Positions 31,052 to 46,511 of a stretch of 64,000 nt of DNA are shown in pieces. A program made the position numbers and the translations under genes. Source of the DNA: the human T2T-CHM13v2.0 reference genome, Homo sapiens; NCBI RefSeq assembly GCF_009914755.1, contig NC_060928.1; one strand, written 5' to 3'. The notes beneath the pieces were generated by a model. The model ran no database searches and was not told the DNA's origin. It saw only the letters and a program-made list of their open reading frames with translations. Within the stretch, counting starts at the first letter, position 1. The number at the start of each line of letters is the position of its first letter.

Positions 31052-31588
31052 TGTTTTATTGCATTATTTGTCTTTTTCTCATTGATTTTTAAAAACTCTG
31101 TATAGGCTGGATTGAAGGCTTCTGTAAACTCTTAAGTGTCACAATTATCTTCTCATGCTCCATTTCTTCTCTACACTCTCTTAATGGGGTATTTATTTTG
31201 CCTATCTTTAAAAAAATTGTCATTGCAATGTATAACATACCTACACATAACACACATACAAAAGATATATAACTCAATAATTTATTACAAAAAGAACTAT
31301 CAGGTAAACAACCCAGGTCAAGAAATGGGATATTAGTGCTTCGAAGGCCCTCTCTTGACTGCTTCAAACCATTGACTGTTCCTCCCTCAAAACAACCACC
31401 AGTATAAGTTCTATGGTAATTGTATCCTGAATATGTTTATAGTTTTACTACGTAAGCACATATGTCTATAATCTATCATTTAGTTTTGTCTTTTTTAAAA
31501 CTTTATATAAATGAAGTTCAGTAAACATTCTATTCTGTGGACACTTTTGCTCAGCATATGTTTGTGAAGTTTATCATTGCTTTTGTGA

Positions 31589-31853
<265 letters not shown>

Positions 31854-32967
31854 AAGTGAGTAGCTATATTTCATTCTCATTACTGCATAGCATTCCATTG
31901 CATGAATACAACGCAACTTAGTTGTCCTTTCTTCTGTTCATAGACACTTGAATATCCCGGTTCGTGAACGTTATAACTAGTGCTGCTAGGAACATACTCG
32001 TATAAGTCTCAGTACACACATGCACACATTTCTTCATGGGAATCATTACATTTTCTGAATATAAGCCTTTGTTAAATATATACGGTGCTAATATCTTCTT
32101 CCAGTTTTGTCTTTTTTGACATTCTCTTAACAGTATCATTTGGTGACAACCAAAAAATAAAGTTCTAAAATTGCAATGTGGTTAAATAACTACCTTTTCC
32201 TCTATGGTTAGTATGGTTTTATTTGTTCTTTTTATTAATCTTTCTCTACCTGAAATTCAGGAAAATAATTTCTATGTTATGCTTTATAAGCTTTCTGGTT
32301 TTACCTTACATATTTATATCCACTATCTAGCTGTCATTGACTTTCAAGTATGATATGAGGTAGGAATCAAGTGCTATATTTTTTAGTATGGATATATAAT
32401 TTTTTGGAACCATTGCTTAAAAGCCTATTAATTCCTATTGCTTTGCAGTTACATAAATCAATTGTCTATTTCTAAATTCTTTATTATATTTTGTTGTTAT
32501 ATTTGTCTTCCTTTGTACCAAAAGCACACTTATAATTGTCAAAGCTTTATAAGAAATATTGCTGTTGGATAGGCAAATCCTCTCATTTCTTTTCATGGTT
32601 AAAAAATATGTTAGCTATAAATGGATAATTTGCATTTTCACACAAATGTTTTAGGATAAGCTTGTCAAGTTTCACAAAACCTGTTTGGGGAGAATTGACA
32701 TCTTTGCAACATTGAACCTTCTACTCAGTAAAAGTGGTATTCCTCTATGCTTATATCGTCTTTATCTTTTCTCAACAATTTTTTTTTAAATTTGTGTGTA
32801 GAGTTCTTGTACTTCTTTTGCTGGATTTGATGGTATTATAAATGGCGTGGTTTTAAACTTTTTTTAATTTCTTAATTATTTGTCTGTGAAATACAAACAG
32901 ACAATGAATTTTTATATATTGAGCTTATATCCAGCATATTACCTCCAATGATTATAATTTATCTATG

Positions 32968-33265
32968 GGTCGGGCACAGTGACTAACACTTACAATCCCA
33001 GAGCTTTGAGAGGCCAAGGCAGGAGGACCGTTTGAGCCCAGAAGTTCAAAACTAGCTTGGGCAAAAAGTGAGACCCTCATTATACAAAAAATCAAAAAAT
33101 TAGGCCGGGTGTGCTGGCACGCACCTGTGGTCCCAGCTACTTGAGAGGCTGAGGTGGGAGGATGGCTTAAGCCCAGAAGTTCAAGGCTGCAGTGAGCCAC
33201 GTTCATGCCTCTGCACTCCAGCCTGGGTGACAGAGCAAGACCCTGTCCCAAAAAAATAAAAATAA
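32968..33265 (+). mobile_element. AluJ (Jo-like) SINE
   Basis: ttgagcccagaagttcaa, gttcaaggctgcagtgagc. Confidence 0.95.
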
Positions 33266-33739
33266 ACAGAATGATGGATTGTTTGAGATTTACTGGTTAT
33301 ATAACCATGCCACCTATGAATAATGAAAATATATTTTATTTCTTTATTTTAAGTTCTTACATATTTCATTTATTTTTCCTATTCTTATTCACACTGCCCA
33401 GGATCTCTAGTGCAATGATGAATTGAAGTTTACCTTAATGGTCTGTTGTGTGTGAATTAGTGATAGTTCTCTGCCTGATGAAAATTAGAAATTCAATAAC
33501 TGATTATTTTAAATAATAAGTCCTAGTATAACCTTAAATGAATAGCAAATGTCCACTTATAGCTTCCTATTTATTTATTTAAGAGGTATGGAACAATTTT
33601 GAGTTGTAAAATATGTCATATTTACTTTTCACTTTTGTTTCTAAATAAAATCCTGGTGACCTCACTAAAACCATTGATTGTTTCAGCATCGCTCACTGGA
33701 GCTTCTTCTCTATCCTCACGGCTTACAGACAGGACTTTT

Positions 33740-33870
33740 AACAGCCCCATTTTATAATTGAAGCCCAACTGACAAAATTGAGACTCAGGTAAATTTAAAA
33801 ATATCTGCAAGGTCACAGATACGAGTAGCAGAGCTCAAGTCAAGCCCTGGCAGTCAACTCCAGTCTTTAC
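33740..33870 (-). mobile_element. MIR SINE
   Basis: ccccattttta...tgagactcagg...caaggtcacag...agtagcagagctcaagtcaagccctggcagtc. Confidence 0.65.
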
Positions 33871-35735
33871 TTTTCAATATTATGACTTGTTTAATCTCCG
33901 ACTTTATATTTAAATATAGCATCTATATATTCACATAAAAGTATTAGCTAAGCCTGTTAGTATTTCTTTAGTGGTTTTTAATCTGTCTTTTCTTTTGGCT
34001 TTCATGAAAAGTTCTTAACCAAACTCCACACGATCATATGGTGAGATAAGAGCTGCCAGCAGTGTGAAAGTCAAGCAGAATTGTTATGTAATGTTATTAA
34101 TCAGAATCGTACTTCTTAGATCCTTTACCTGCCTTTGTCATATTCATGGAAGTTTATTTCCTCACCACCTTCACTTTCTTCTTTCTAATCCCTATCCTTC
34201 CACCCAAGAAAATCTCCCACCCCCCCTGCCCTGACCTTATCCATGTGTACTGGTTATGATTTTCATAAGCTGGCCTGACAAGGAGTGACATTTGGCTTCG
34301 CTTTAGTGTAAAATGTCACCAGAAACCAGAGCTGGTGCTGCACTATGTTGATAATGATGGCCCCTGGATGATACAGTCACTAGAGACAGGGTTCATTATT
34401 TTATTTTAGTTATTTTATAAGAATTTTGATGGATATCTAGCCCTTTTTGCTACTGTGTAATTACATACAGTATAACCACAGATCTGGAGTCTAGCATTGT
34501 AAGAACAACATGCAAGGTAAATCAGGTAATTTTAAAGTAATTTCTTTGCACCTGAGGTAAAGGAAGAATCATAATAAGATCCTAACAAAGATAACTTTTG
34601 CAACTGAAGTAGATTTGATTTTGCTGGTGATACACCTCATATAGAATTCTCATCCTACCAAGAGCCTTACCCTTCATCTGATGGAATGGCTGATTGTAGA
34701 CACTGACCCTAGGTTACAGAGAAAAGAGAATTGCTGATTGCCACCAGCATATTGACCAGTTTGTTTAAAATTATTGTAAGTTATAATGATATAAATGACC
34801 TGGTAAAGTCTGAAATACCCGTAAAAGATATGTAGCTATGGCCAGGAGAAGACTGTAGATGCTTACTTAGCAAAGTGAATGGCGATATCTTCATGATGAT
34901 TCTGAATGCCCTCTGTGAAATAGCCCTTCTTCCTTTCCATAGGATGGATTGTCTATGCAGTGTCTGCCAACACATTATACCACTTTGCATATAACCAGGT
35001 TTCACGTTGCTTTTAGGAACCCTCTTGCCCTTAAGAGCCTATTGCAGTGCTTTAGTCTTGGACACATAAGATCAATGCACTTACAAGTATGATTTAATAA
35101 GATACTGTGGCAAACCCAAAGCAGAATTCACTGCCTCTCTTCCTTTAACTTATCCCTTTTTTGTGTGTTTGAATGAGTTTCAGGCTTTTCCATGAGGTTG
35201 AAACATTATATATTTTTGTTATGTTCCACACATTATATGTGTGAACCCATTATGTGTTGGGAATGATATCTCTATCATTAATAGTTTAGCTTGGAACTCA
35301 ATGTTCATAGATTTCTAGTTACTTTAAAAAAGCTGCTAGTTATTAAAATTTACAACTTTTATCAACTATAGTTATATATAATTTTATTTATTGAAGTTAA
35401 TTTAAAACTAAAATTGTACTTATTAATTAAAGAATTTACAGATAGTAACTTAATTCTGAAAGTACAGAGTATTCAATCAACTACAATATTCTGAGGTCTG
35501 GTTCATCATTACTAGAAATCTTTTAATTTCACAGTTCAAAAAGAATAAAACATTTTCTGATCTTTGACTTCTAGACCAACACTAAGAAAATTGAATTTGA
35601 ACTTGCTATAATTTCTAGAATTCAGCTCCTAGTTGCTGGCATGAGAATGTGGGGAAGTATAAAAGATGACACAATATCAAAATACATTTGGCTTGCTAGA
35701 AATAAAATATATATATATATATATATATATGGTTA

Positions 35736-36008
<273 letters not shown>

Positions 36009-36184
36009 TTATATTTTTTAGTTAAATAATTTGCTAAGCAATCAACAACTTTTAGAAGCTTAAATGTTTCTAGAATTAGAAACACTTTTTTGACTTTTAA
36101 GACATTTTTTACCCTTAATCAAACAATATTTTGTTTCATAAGATTATTGTGTTCTTCATCATAAGGATTAGTATAAATCATATT

Positions 36185-36314
36185 ATGTTCAATGTACTAT
36201 GCCAGGCACTTTTGCATACGTTATATTTTTCATCACAAGGATCCTTCCTGTACATATTCTCTTATTCCTATTGTGCAGATGAGGAAACTGCTTCAGAGAC
36301 TTTGTTTTCCCAAA

Positions 36315-36367
<53 letters not shown>

Positions 36368-36500
36368 ATATTTATACATATGTGTATATATATATATATA
36401 TACACAGACACACACACACATATATATATATATCAAGTAGCAGTACAAGCAGGATCTGAACCCATATTTTAAATTTTAAGTCTAATGAGCTTTCAACTAT
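36185..36500 (-). mobile_element. MIR SINE split by a (TA)n/(CA)n microsatellite at 36318-36433
   Basis: tactatgccaggcact...cagatgaggaaactg...cccaaagg[TA]n...agtagcagtacaagcaggatctgaaccca. Confidence 0.8.
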
Positions 36501-36956
36501 ATTATATTTGGATATTAATGTAAATAACTGGTAAACAAGCATTTCTTTAGTGCCTACTGGGTGATAATGTCTTGATTAAGGAAATAGAAAGTTAAATTAT
36601 ATTCTAGCTGAAAATATAATCTAAAGAAACAGCCTTGCAAATTGAAAGATTTTTTTTAAAAACTGGTAATACATTTTACTGGTTTAATTTAGATATTTAT
36701 TAATGACATTTTCTGTGTTAATTGATTGGCCAATATTACATTTATTTTCTATACTACTTTAGGTCTTGAAACTGCTAAATAGTAATCAGTAATGTAATAT
36801 TGATGGCATCGTACTCTTCCTTTCCACTCTGTGTGATGCTTACTAGTTTTATTTTTTTAATAAATGAGGTGGGTGTGTGTATGTGTGCAATATCATAGAA
36901 TGTTTTGATAGCATTTTTTTCCTGCAGAATATATCCTCCAGTAATTAACTTTCTAA

Positions 36957-37467
<511 letters not shown>

Positions 37468-38749
37468 TGAGTTAGAGAAGCTAGAAGGACATCTGGATTT
37501 CCCATTTTAAATTCTTCTATAAGCCTAGAGCTCACTGAAAACTCGAAGCTACCAACCTTTATGACTGTCTACTTCCCTTACCCACATTGATATTCCAAAA
37601 TTAAAAGCACCTTCCCAAGCTAAGATACCTAGTCGATAATTTGTCTCTTCCTTAAATTAATTTTTAAACACTCAGCCCTTTTCAGATCATCTACACATGA
37701 AATGCTTCTTTCTTTTTAGCAAAATATTCTATATAGAGACTAAAGGGAAATGCTACTCGCCTACCTTCTCTGTTCCTGGATATTCTGATTCCATGTCAAG
37801 TATTCAGATATAATCTTATTTTTATTAATATTAATCTACACAATTAAGCAGTTCTTGGCTTTTGAATAAGACAAACTAATGTTTTACATTCTACTCTACC
37901 TCTTGTTATCCCTAAATTCTTTAAGAGGTTACTTTACCTCTCTGAACCACAGCTGTCTTGTTAATCAGGATAGTAGTGTTCCCTCACAGAGGGTCAGAAG
38001 ATTGAATATTCAAGGCACACTTAAATTATTTTGATTATAAGCATCAGTAGTTCCTTGTGGTTGATAATAATTTTGCATATGTGAATGATCTTATATTTGT
38101 TTATTTTTCTTCTCTAAGGAAAAGTGATACAATGGAAATACAAGAAATAAAAAATATTTGATAACTTTAGTACATACAAATAGAAATAACATTGGTGATT
38201 TTATGGAAAAATGTTTTTTATTGTCACAATAATTTTTAGCTTGTCAAAGGAAAATAAGATGTCAGACAACTTACAGAATTATTCTGATTGTAAACAATGT
38301 TCACAGACAGTCTAGACGTCTATAATTGTACTCGCCGTGTGATAATGAAAAAAATTATCACAATTTCTGATACAGGAAGCTCTTGGTTTGTCTGCATCAA
38401 GCACTTAAATTGTTTTGTATTTAGATCACACCAATTACCACTAATAGAGTTAAAATACTGGAAGAGCCCAGAAATGGCAGAAGACCTTGATAGGTTTTTA
38501 GAAAGTCCATTATATTTCAGTGAGAATTCTGTTTCTCGGGGAAACTACTTACTGCAGCTGTCTGAGACTAATTCATTCTTCATCTGTGTGTGGAGCTACA
38601 GTGTGCAGCAAAAAGTGGCTCATGCAAGAGTAAATGAAAAGGCTTAAAACAATTTGCATGGGCTGTCTCAAAAGAACTGAAAAGGTGATGGGCAGAATTA
38701 AAAACTAGAATTTTCTCCAAGCTTTTTAACCATTGAGAGAAATGCCTAA

Positions 38750-39442
38750 AAGCAGGACATTTTATATCACTTGTCCTACCCAGTGCAAAGGGAAAATGCA
38801 GTACTTCTTGTTCAAACAGCTGACACGTCCCCTGACCGCGTTTCCTTCCCAGCTGTCAGCTGCTGGATTGATTCACTGGGACCCAGCCAGTGGGGTCTTC
38901 TCTTCCCACAGTTCACCACTGGAAACCACTACACATGGACAACCCTCAAAAATTGCAACCTCTTCTCCAGGATGCTCTTAATACCTGCATCTGGAGTGGG
39001 CAAGAGGTTTGTCCCTGCCAAGTCGACCACAAAATGCATGGTAATGCTGCTGGCTGAGGGGAGAGAGGGTGGCCACTGCCATGCTTCACTCTGAGCTGCC
39101 ATGGGGCGTGCACACTCTACTCCACACCTTTCCATGCCTAGGCTCAGCAGTAGTTGCTGGGCAAGGGTGTGGAGGGTAAGGCCAGGTGGGAGAAGGGGTG
39201 AGAGAGCTGGCTGCTGAAAACCCATCAAGGGTATTTATCAGGAGGTGCCCCACGCATGGTCCAAGACACCAAAGTGTTCACCCAAGCTTCTCTTACAAAA
39301 CATAAATTCAAAGATAAAGTTATTAAGAGTTTCTGGACAGCAACCACAGAGCATTAAACTCCAAGAATGGGTGGGAGTAGGTTTCTTCTGAGATGGATTC
39401 TTGTGCGGCTGACGTGGGTAGATTCCCTTGGAGCCAGCCATG
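38750..39442 (-). mobile_element. MER45-family (hAT-Tip100) DNA transposon relic
   Basis: Ends cccagtgcaaagggaaaatgcag...cttgttcaaa and ttcaaagataaagttattaagag...cagagcattaaac...gagccagccatg match recalled MER45 termini. Confidence 0.7.
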
Positions 39443-39480
39443 ACCAGAAGGGTCCATTTGCATGTGCAAATGATTGACAG

Positions 39481-39911
39481 GTTATGTATGAGTTGGATTG
39501 ATACACTGAAGTCCAAACACCCAGTACTCGTGAATGTAACCTTTGGAAATAGGATCTTTGCAGATGTAATACAGTTAAGAAGAGGTTACTAAGGTGGGTC
39601 CTAATGTACTTATAAGGACTGGTATCCTTATAAGAAGAGAGACAGACACACAGGACAAATTCCATGTGATGATAGAAGCAGAGATTGACTAGACACAAGC
39701 CAAGGAGTACCAAGGATTGCCAGCAACAGCAGAAGCAAAGAAAAAGGCATGGAATAGATTTTCCTAAAGACTTCAAAAAGAGTATGGCCCTGCTGACACC
39801 TTGAGTTTGGAGTTCTAGTCTCCAGAATTGTGAGACAATCATAAGTCTCTGTTCTTCTAAGCCATCCAGTTTTTAGTAATTTGTTACTGCAGCCACAGGA
39901 AAACTAGTACA
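39481..39911 (+). mobile_element. MLT1C-like MaLR solo LTR
   Basis: ttggaaataggatctttgcagatgtaat...caagccaagga...ggccctgctgacaccttg...ctccagaattgtgaga...aaactagtaca. Confidence 0.88.
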
Positions 39912-40340
39912 GGTAATATTTTCTCTATCAATCATTCTTTTCCACAAATAATCATGTATTTTTGGTTTAGATTCATATTAACCTTTCTTGGAGTTAATCC
40001 TTAAAGGCAAATTTGAAGTTTCAAGTAGTTACTTCATGTTTGAACTTAATTATTTATAGTCACTTTTGTGAGTTTTAGGTAGTGGACTTATGTTCAGAAA
40101 CATAAGGAAATGTAAATATATACAGTATATCTCCATGGCTTTGTTTTTGTGTTTTGGCATCTTATTTACACCACAAGTGGCAGAGTGGTTAATTGCACTA
40201 GATAAGTTGAACTCTTAACGGACAGACTTAAATTATGGACTACTTAAAAAGAAAAGGGGAAGAGATTGCATAATATTGTTATTCAAGCCAAAAAGAAAAA
40301 ACAGTCTTGAAAGCAAGAGTGAATGAAAAAGCTGAAATGA

Positions 40341-40991
<651 letters not shown>

Positions 40992-41304
40992 AGTAATAAA
41001 TTGTTTTAGATGTCTTTATTTTAAAGAATAAATTAAGGCTCAGAGTTTAAGCACAAGGCCCAAGTCACAGACTAAACTATAAGTTAGGTCATCAGGTGCC
41101 TGGTTGAAGCTTTTTCTATTTCCTCATGGAAATGATGTTATAGGAAAAATTCCAAGATCCCAAGAGATTATAACTAACATGACTTCATGTATATATTCAA
41201 AATGGAATAATGTAAAATATTAATTTCTACCACACTGAGAATTACCTGAGATTCATTCTACCTTCATTTTGTAGATTCAAAATATGGTGATTTTGCAGTG
41301 ATCT

Positions 41305-41771
41305 TGGTCTTAATTTGTGTTCTTCCAGAAACAGATCCTGAGACAAGAATTTAAATGTAATTAGTTTAGATGGGAGATATAGGAAATACTAGTAGGGCTG
41401 TGGAAGAAGTGATTCCAAGGAGGCAGGCTACAAATAAAGGGTATAATGTGAAGCCAGCCACCACGGGGAAATGATTGGAACGTTTCCTGTGAGGAACTGC
41501 AAAAACAGAGCTCAGAGTTCTCTTCACCCAATGGGTGCGAAGCTGGGATTGTTAAACACCAACTCCCAGCAAGTATTACTGGAAGCTGCTGGGGGAGAAG
41601 TGTTAATGTCTCAGCACTTCAGGCCTCTCCTGCTTATAGAAAGAGTGGCCTTCTACATTGCTAGAAAATCCCTTACACACAGTCATGCAGATACTCACAG
41701 TTGAAAGTCCACAGAAGCAATCATATTTTAAGATTCCAGGAATATGTGTGGGCACTGTCAGAATCTGCCTC
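41305..41771 (-). mobile_element. LTR16C-like ERVL solo LTR
   Basis: ccagaaacagatcctgagacaagaattt...aataaagggt...aacaccaactccc...gggcactgtcagaatctgc. Confidence 0.8.
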
Positions 41772-41947
41772 ATCTTGAAATTTTATTTTCTGTGAAAGCA
41801 GCAAATCTGGAAAGCAACTAAAAACATGCTACTCAAAGAAATTGACTCTATTTAGAATAAGTGGTATGTCTTTTTTCTGTAATGAATATATTAAACATTA
41901 TCATTTGAGATGAAATATGTAATTCTCAATTTTACCTAAATGAGAAA

Positions 41948-42235
<288 letters not shown>

Positions 42236-43263
42236 TCTAAATGACAGATTTGAAGATTTACAAACCTGAAAATAATTGTAGAAATTCAGTCTAATACTCA
42301 CACTTAATAGATGAAGAAATGGAGATTGAAAAAAGTGAAGTGATTTGTATAAGGCCATCTATATAGTCAGTGGAGTTCATGGGTTTAAAGTTTTAGAAGA
42401 CAAGAGCTAAACACGACATTCAAGGGCAATTTATATCTGAAAAACAACTTCCATGTTTAGACTCACATTTTAATAAATTAATCAATTCATTTCTGTTTCC
42501 TACATTAAAACATTTTTCACAGTAAGGAAGGTTAATAGACCTGAAACAATAGTATTAAAATCAAAACCATATGATGGAGGAATATATGGACTCAAATTTA
42601 TAAGCTTATGTCTTCATAAATATAATAATGGATGCATTATGATGAAGAATCATCTTTGCATTGGTAATAGAAAAACAGTTTATTCATTCCAGTGATTCTG
42701 CCAGTCAGAATTCATCTTTGGAACTAGCCCAAAATTTCTGCAATAAATAAATAAATAAATGAACTCATTGCTTCAGAGCCACACCATGTTTTTCACTGAG
42801 AAAATTGCATTAGCCAGGTTGAACATCTATTTTCCAGCGACTTAACAACGAATTACTTTTAGTTGTGGCCAAAATTCCAATCTATTTCAAAAGATTATTT
42901 TTCATCACTGACAATATTAAAAAGAATATGCCTTTGAACAATAACCACATCATTACATTAAACCACAGTTCCCCGAAGTAACTATTTTAGAGAAGATAAT
43001 ACACAATACACATTAAGATATGTACATCTCAGTACATTCATTTTTAAATGTGTCACTGTATACTAATAGATTATGATAGACCATAATAGATAGGTCTAGG
43101 AAAGGAGTAGCTCAAGGAGAAATTCACAGAATGTTCTTGGAAAGCTTCAACATCCATGGAATATTCATAGAAGGCTTTATGGACAGGTGGCTTTCAGGTT
43201 GGGCCCTACAAGTGTAATAGATTTTGATTTATCAATGAGGTTATATATATTTTGGTTTACTAC

Positions 43264-44991
43264 TGATATGGTTTGGTTGTGTCCCCACCCAAATTTCATC
43301 TTGAACTCTAGTTCCCATAAACCCAAGTGTCATGGGAAGGACCCAGTGGGTGGTAATTAAATCATGGTGGTGGTTACCTTCATGCTGTTCTCATGATAGT
43401 GAGTTCTCATGAGATCTGATGGTTTTATAAGGAGCTTTTCTCCCGCTTCGCTCTGCACTTCTCTCTTGCCTTTTGCAATGTAAGACATGTCTTGTTCCTT
43501 TTCACCTTCTCCCATTACTATGATGCCTCCCCAGCTATGTGGATCTGAGTCCACTAAACCTCTTTTTCATTATAAATTACCCAGTCTCTGGTATGTTCTT
43601 ATAGCAGCATGAGAACAAACTAATAAAGTAAATTGGACCAGGTAGTGGGGTGCTGCTGTAAAGATACCCAAAAATGTGCAAGCAACTTTGGAATTAGGTA
43701 ACAATCAGAGGTTGGAACAGTTTGGAGGGCTCAGAAGACAGAAAGATGTGGGAAAGTTTGGAACTTCCTAGAGACTTGTTTAATGGCTTTGACCAAAATG
43801 CTGATAGTGATATAAACAATAAAGTCTGGGCTGAGGTGATATCAGATGGAGATGAGGAATGTTTTGGGAAGTGGAATAAAGGTGACTCTTGCTATGTTTT
43901 AGCAAAGAGAATAGCAGCATTTTGCCCCTGTCCTAGAGATCTGTGGAACTTTGAACTTGGGAGACATGATTTAGGGTATCTGGCAGAAGAAATTTCTAAG
44001 CAGCAAAGCATTCAAGAGGTAACTTGGGTGCTTTTAAAAGCATTTACTTTTATTCATTCACAAAGATATGGTTGGAATTGGAACTTATGTTTAAAAGGGA
44101 AGCAAAACACAACAGTTTGAAAAATTTGCAGCCTGATGATGTGATAGAAAAGAAAAACCTATTTTCTGGGGAGAAATTCAAGCCAGCAGCAGAAATTTGC
44201 ATAATTAATGAGGAGCCAAATGCTAATCACCAAGACAATGGGGAAAATGTCAGTGTGACCTGGATGTGAGACATGGAGTCAAAGGAGATCATTTGGAATT
44301 TTAAGATTTAATGACTGCCCTATTGAATTTCAGACTTGCATGGGACTTGTAGCCCCTTTGTTTTGGCCAATTTCTCCCATTTGGAATGGGTGCATTTACC
44401 CAATGCTTGTACCCCCATTATATTTGGGAAGTAACTGGCTTGCTTTTGGTTTTACAGGCTAATAGGTGGAAGGGACTTGCCTCATCTCAAATGAGAGTTT
44501 GTATTTGGACTTTTGAGTTAATGCTGGAATGAATGAGACTTTGGAGGACTGTTGGGAAGGCACGATTGTGTTTTGAAATGTGAGGACATGAGATTTCGGA
44601 GGGGCCAGGGTGGAATGATACAGTTTGGCTGTGTCCCTACCCAAATCTCATCTTGAACTGTAGTTCTCATAATTCCCACATGTTGTGGGAGGGAACTGGT
44701 GGGAGGTTATTGAATCATGGGAGTGGTTACCTCCATGCTGTTCTCATGATAGTGAGTGAGTTTCACAAGGTCTGATGGTTTTATAAGGGGCTCCCCCAAG
44801 CTTTGGTGTGCACTTCTCTCTTGCCTGCCACCAGGTAACATGTGCCTTTGCTCCTTCTTCACCTTCCACCATGATTGTGAGGCCTCCCTGGCCCAGCCAT
44901 GTAGAACTGTGAGTCCTCTAAAGCTCTTTTTCTTTATAAATTATCTAGTCTTGGGTGTGTCCTTATAGCAGCATGAGAACAGACTAATACA
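43264..44991 (+). mobile_element. THE1D-like MaLR element: 5'LTR 43264-43627, internally deleted internal region, 3'LTR 44616-44991
   Basis: Two direct LTRs tgata...ccaaat(t/c)tcatcttgaact...actaata(a/c)a; internal ORF remnant MEGSEDRKMWESLELPRDL. Confidence 0.93.
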
Positions 44992-45149
44992 ATTAGTGAT
45001 ATATTGTGTGTTTGTCTAAGTTTTTTTTTATATTTGTGTTATTATATAAGATTTGAGATTTGTAGTAAACCACATGCATAGAAGAGTTCTAAAAAAAGAA
45101 GAAAAGAATAAAAACAGTCTGAATATATAAAGGGTGTTGCAGCCTAGAG

Positions 45150-46300
45150 AATAATGGAAATCAAAGTATATAAATCTAGTGAAACCAAGATAACAGAAGA
45201 TTTTGACAACTACTCAGAAGTAATCAGGCATAAGCGATAAAGTGCCATTGAACACATTAGAGAATATTTTACAGAATGCCTCAGCGAAACACTTGGTTAG
45301 GAAATGCTCTATGAACTTATTTGGAGGTGAGGAGAATAGTCACCTCCCCAAGACTGTTGGGGTTACAAGACTGTTGCAGGGGTACAGATTATTAAGCACC
45401 AAGGTGAGGGTTGCAGCAATAGAGATGAGAGTAGAAAAAATATGAAAGACCATATACTTTCAAGGAGAAATGATTAAGATTTCATCATTGGCTGTATATA
45501 CACAGACATCAGAGAAGAGGTAAAATGAACTTCAAGATTTCAAACCATGGCCAGGCATGGTGGCTCAGGCCTGTAATCCCAGCACTTTGGGAGACTGAGG
45601 TGGGCAGATCATGAGGTCAGGAGATCGAGACCATCCTGGCTAACATGGTGAAACCCTGTCTATACTAAAAATACAAAAAAATTAGCCAGGCGTGGTGGCG
45701 GTGCCTGTAGTCCCATCTACTAGGGAGGCTGAGGCAGGAGAATGGCGTGAACCCAGGAAGCAGAGCTTGCAAAGAGCCAAGATTGCGCCACTGCACTCCA
45801 GCCTGGGTGACAGAGTGAGACTCCATCTCAAAAAAACAAAACAAAACAAAACAAAAAAATAGATTTCAAACCATAATGAGAAGAGGCCACTTTCCCTGAT
45901 GGAGAACAACATGAAGCAATGAATGCTGGGTGGGAGAAAACATCTCTTTAATGTAATTTAGAAATATCAGTGAAATAATTTAAAGAATAGGTATTTAATA
46001 CCATTGGTTTCTGCTCAAAGTTCCAAAAAGATATAGATGAAAAAAACTTCAAATAGATGAGAGTAAGGTCCAGAACTCAAAGTATAAATAGAAGTATAAC
46101 ATTTTACTTCTAAGAATGGGACTAAAAATAAAGGCATTCTAGAAACTTGCTGAATTTTGGGGAGACTATAATTTATATAAATGACATAAAGAGTCATAGA
46201 AGTGACAAACAGCCAGAGATATCGTTATATGAACAGAAACCAATGAAAGCCCTCTCAGAGGCAACACAAGATGAAGTAGAATTAGAAGTGTAATCCAAGG
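45150..46300 (-). mobile_element. Decayed L2 hosting an AluY
   Basis: Purine-rich antisense-L2-like text (gggttgcagcaatagagatgagag, gtaaggtccagaac). Confidence 0.45.
45549..45860 (+). mobile_element. AluY SINE
   Basis: gagatcgagaccatcctggctaac, gaatggcgtgaaccc, gagcttgca; TSD agatttcaaaccat at 45535-45548 and 45861-45874. Confidence 0.96.
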
Positions 46301-46448
46301 AGAAATTTAAAATTTAAAGGGAAAGGACTCAAAAGAAAAAGAAACTGAACATTAGCTGAACAATTAGATGCCAACCTCCTTATATTCACTGGAAGAATGT
46401 CATCAGAGTCAGTAAAATAATATGATGGAAGAAAAAATATAAGATTTG

Positions 46449-46511
46449 TTTTTCCTAGTTGGAGAATCTTGGGCTAGGATAAATGGCCTGGGAATCTCCA
46501 ACTAGGAAAAA
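46449..46511 (+). repeat. 28-bp inverted repeat with 7-nt loop (hairpin)
   Basis: tttttcctagttggagaatcttgggcta / ggataaa / tggcctgggaatctccaactaggaaaaa. Confidence 0.9.

Noticed and set aside
34285-34319. gtgacattt...aaatgtcac inverted repeat
   Set aside because: A 9-bp stem with a 17-nt loop is plausible by chance in 64 kb of AT-rich DNA.
39354-39842. 162-aa minus-strand ORF
   Set aside because: Antisense read-through of the MLT1C LTR and MER45.
43722-44269. 132-aa and 81-aa ORFs
   Set aside because: Frameshifted THE1 internal ORF remnants, the first with a non-ATG start.
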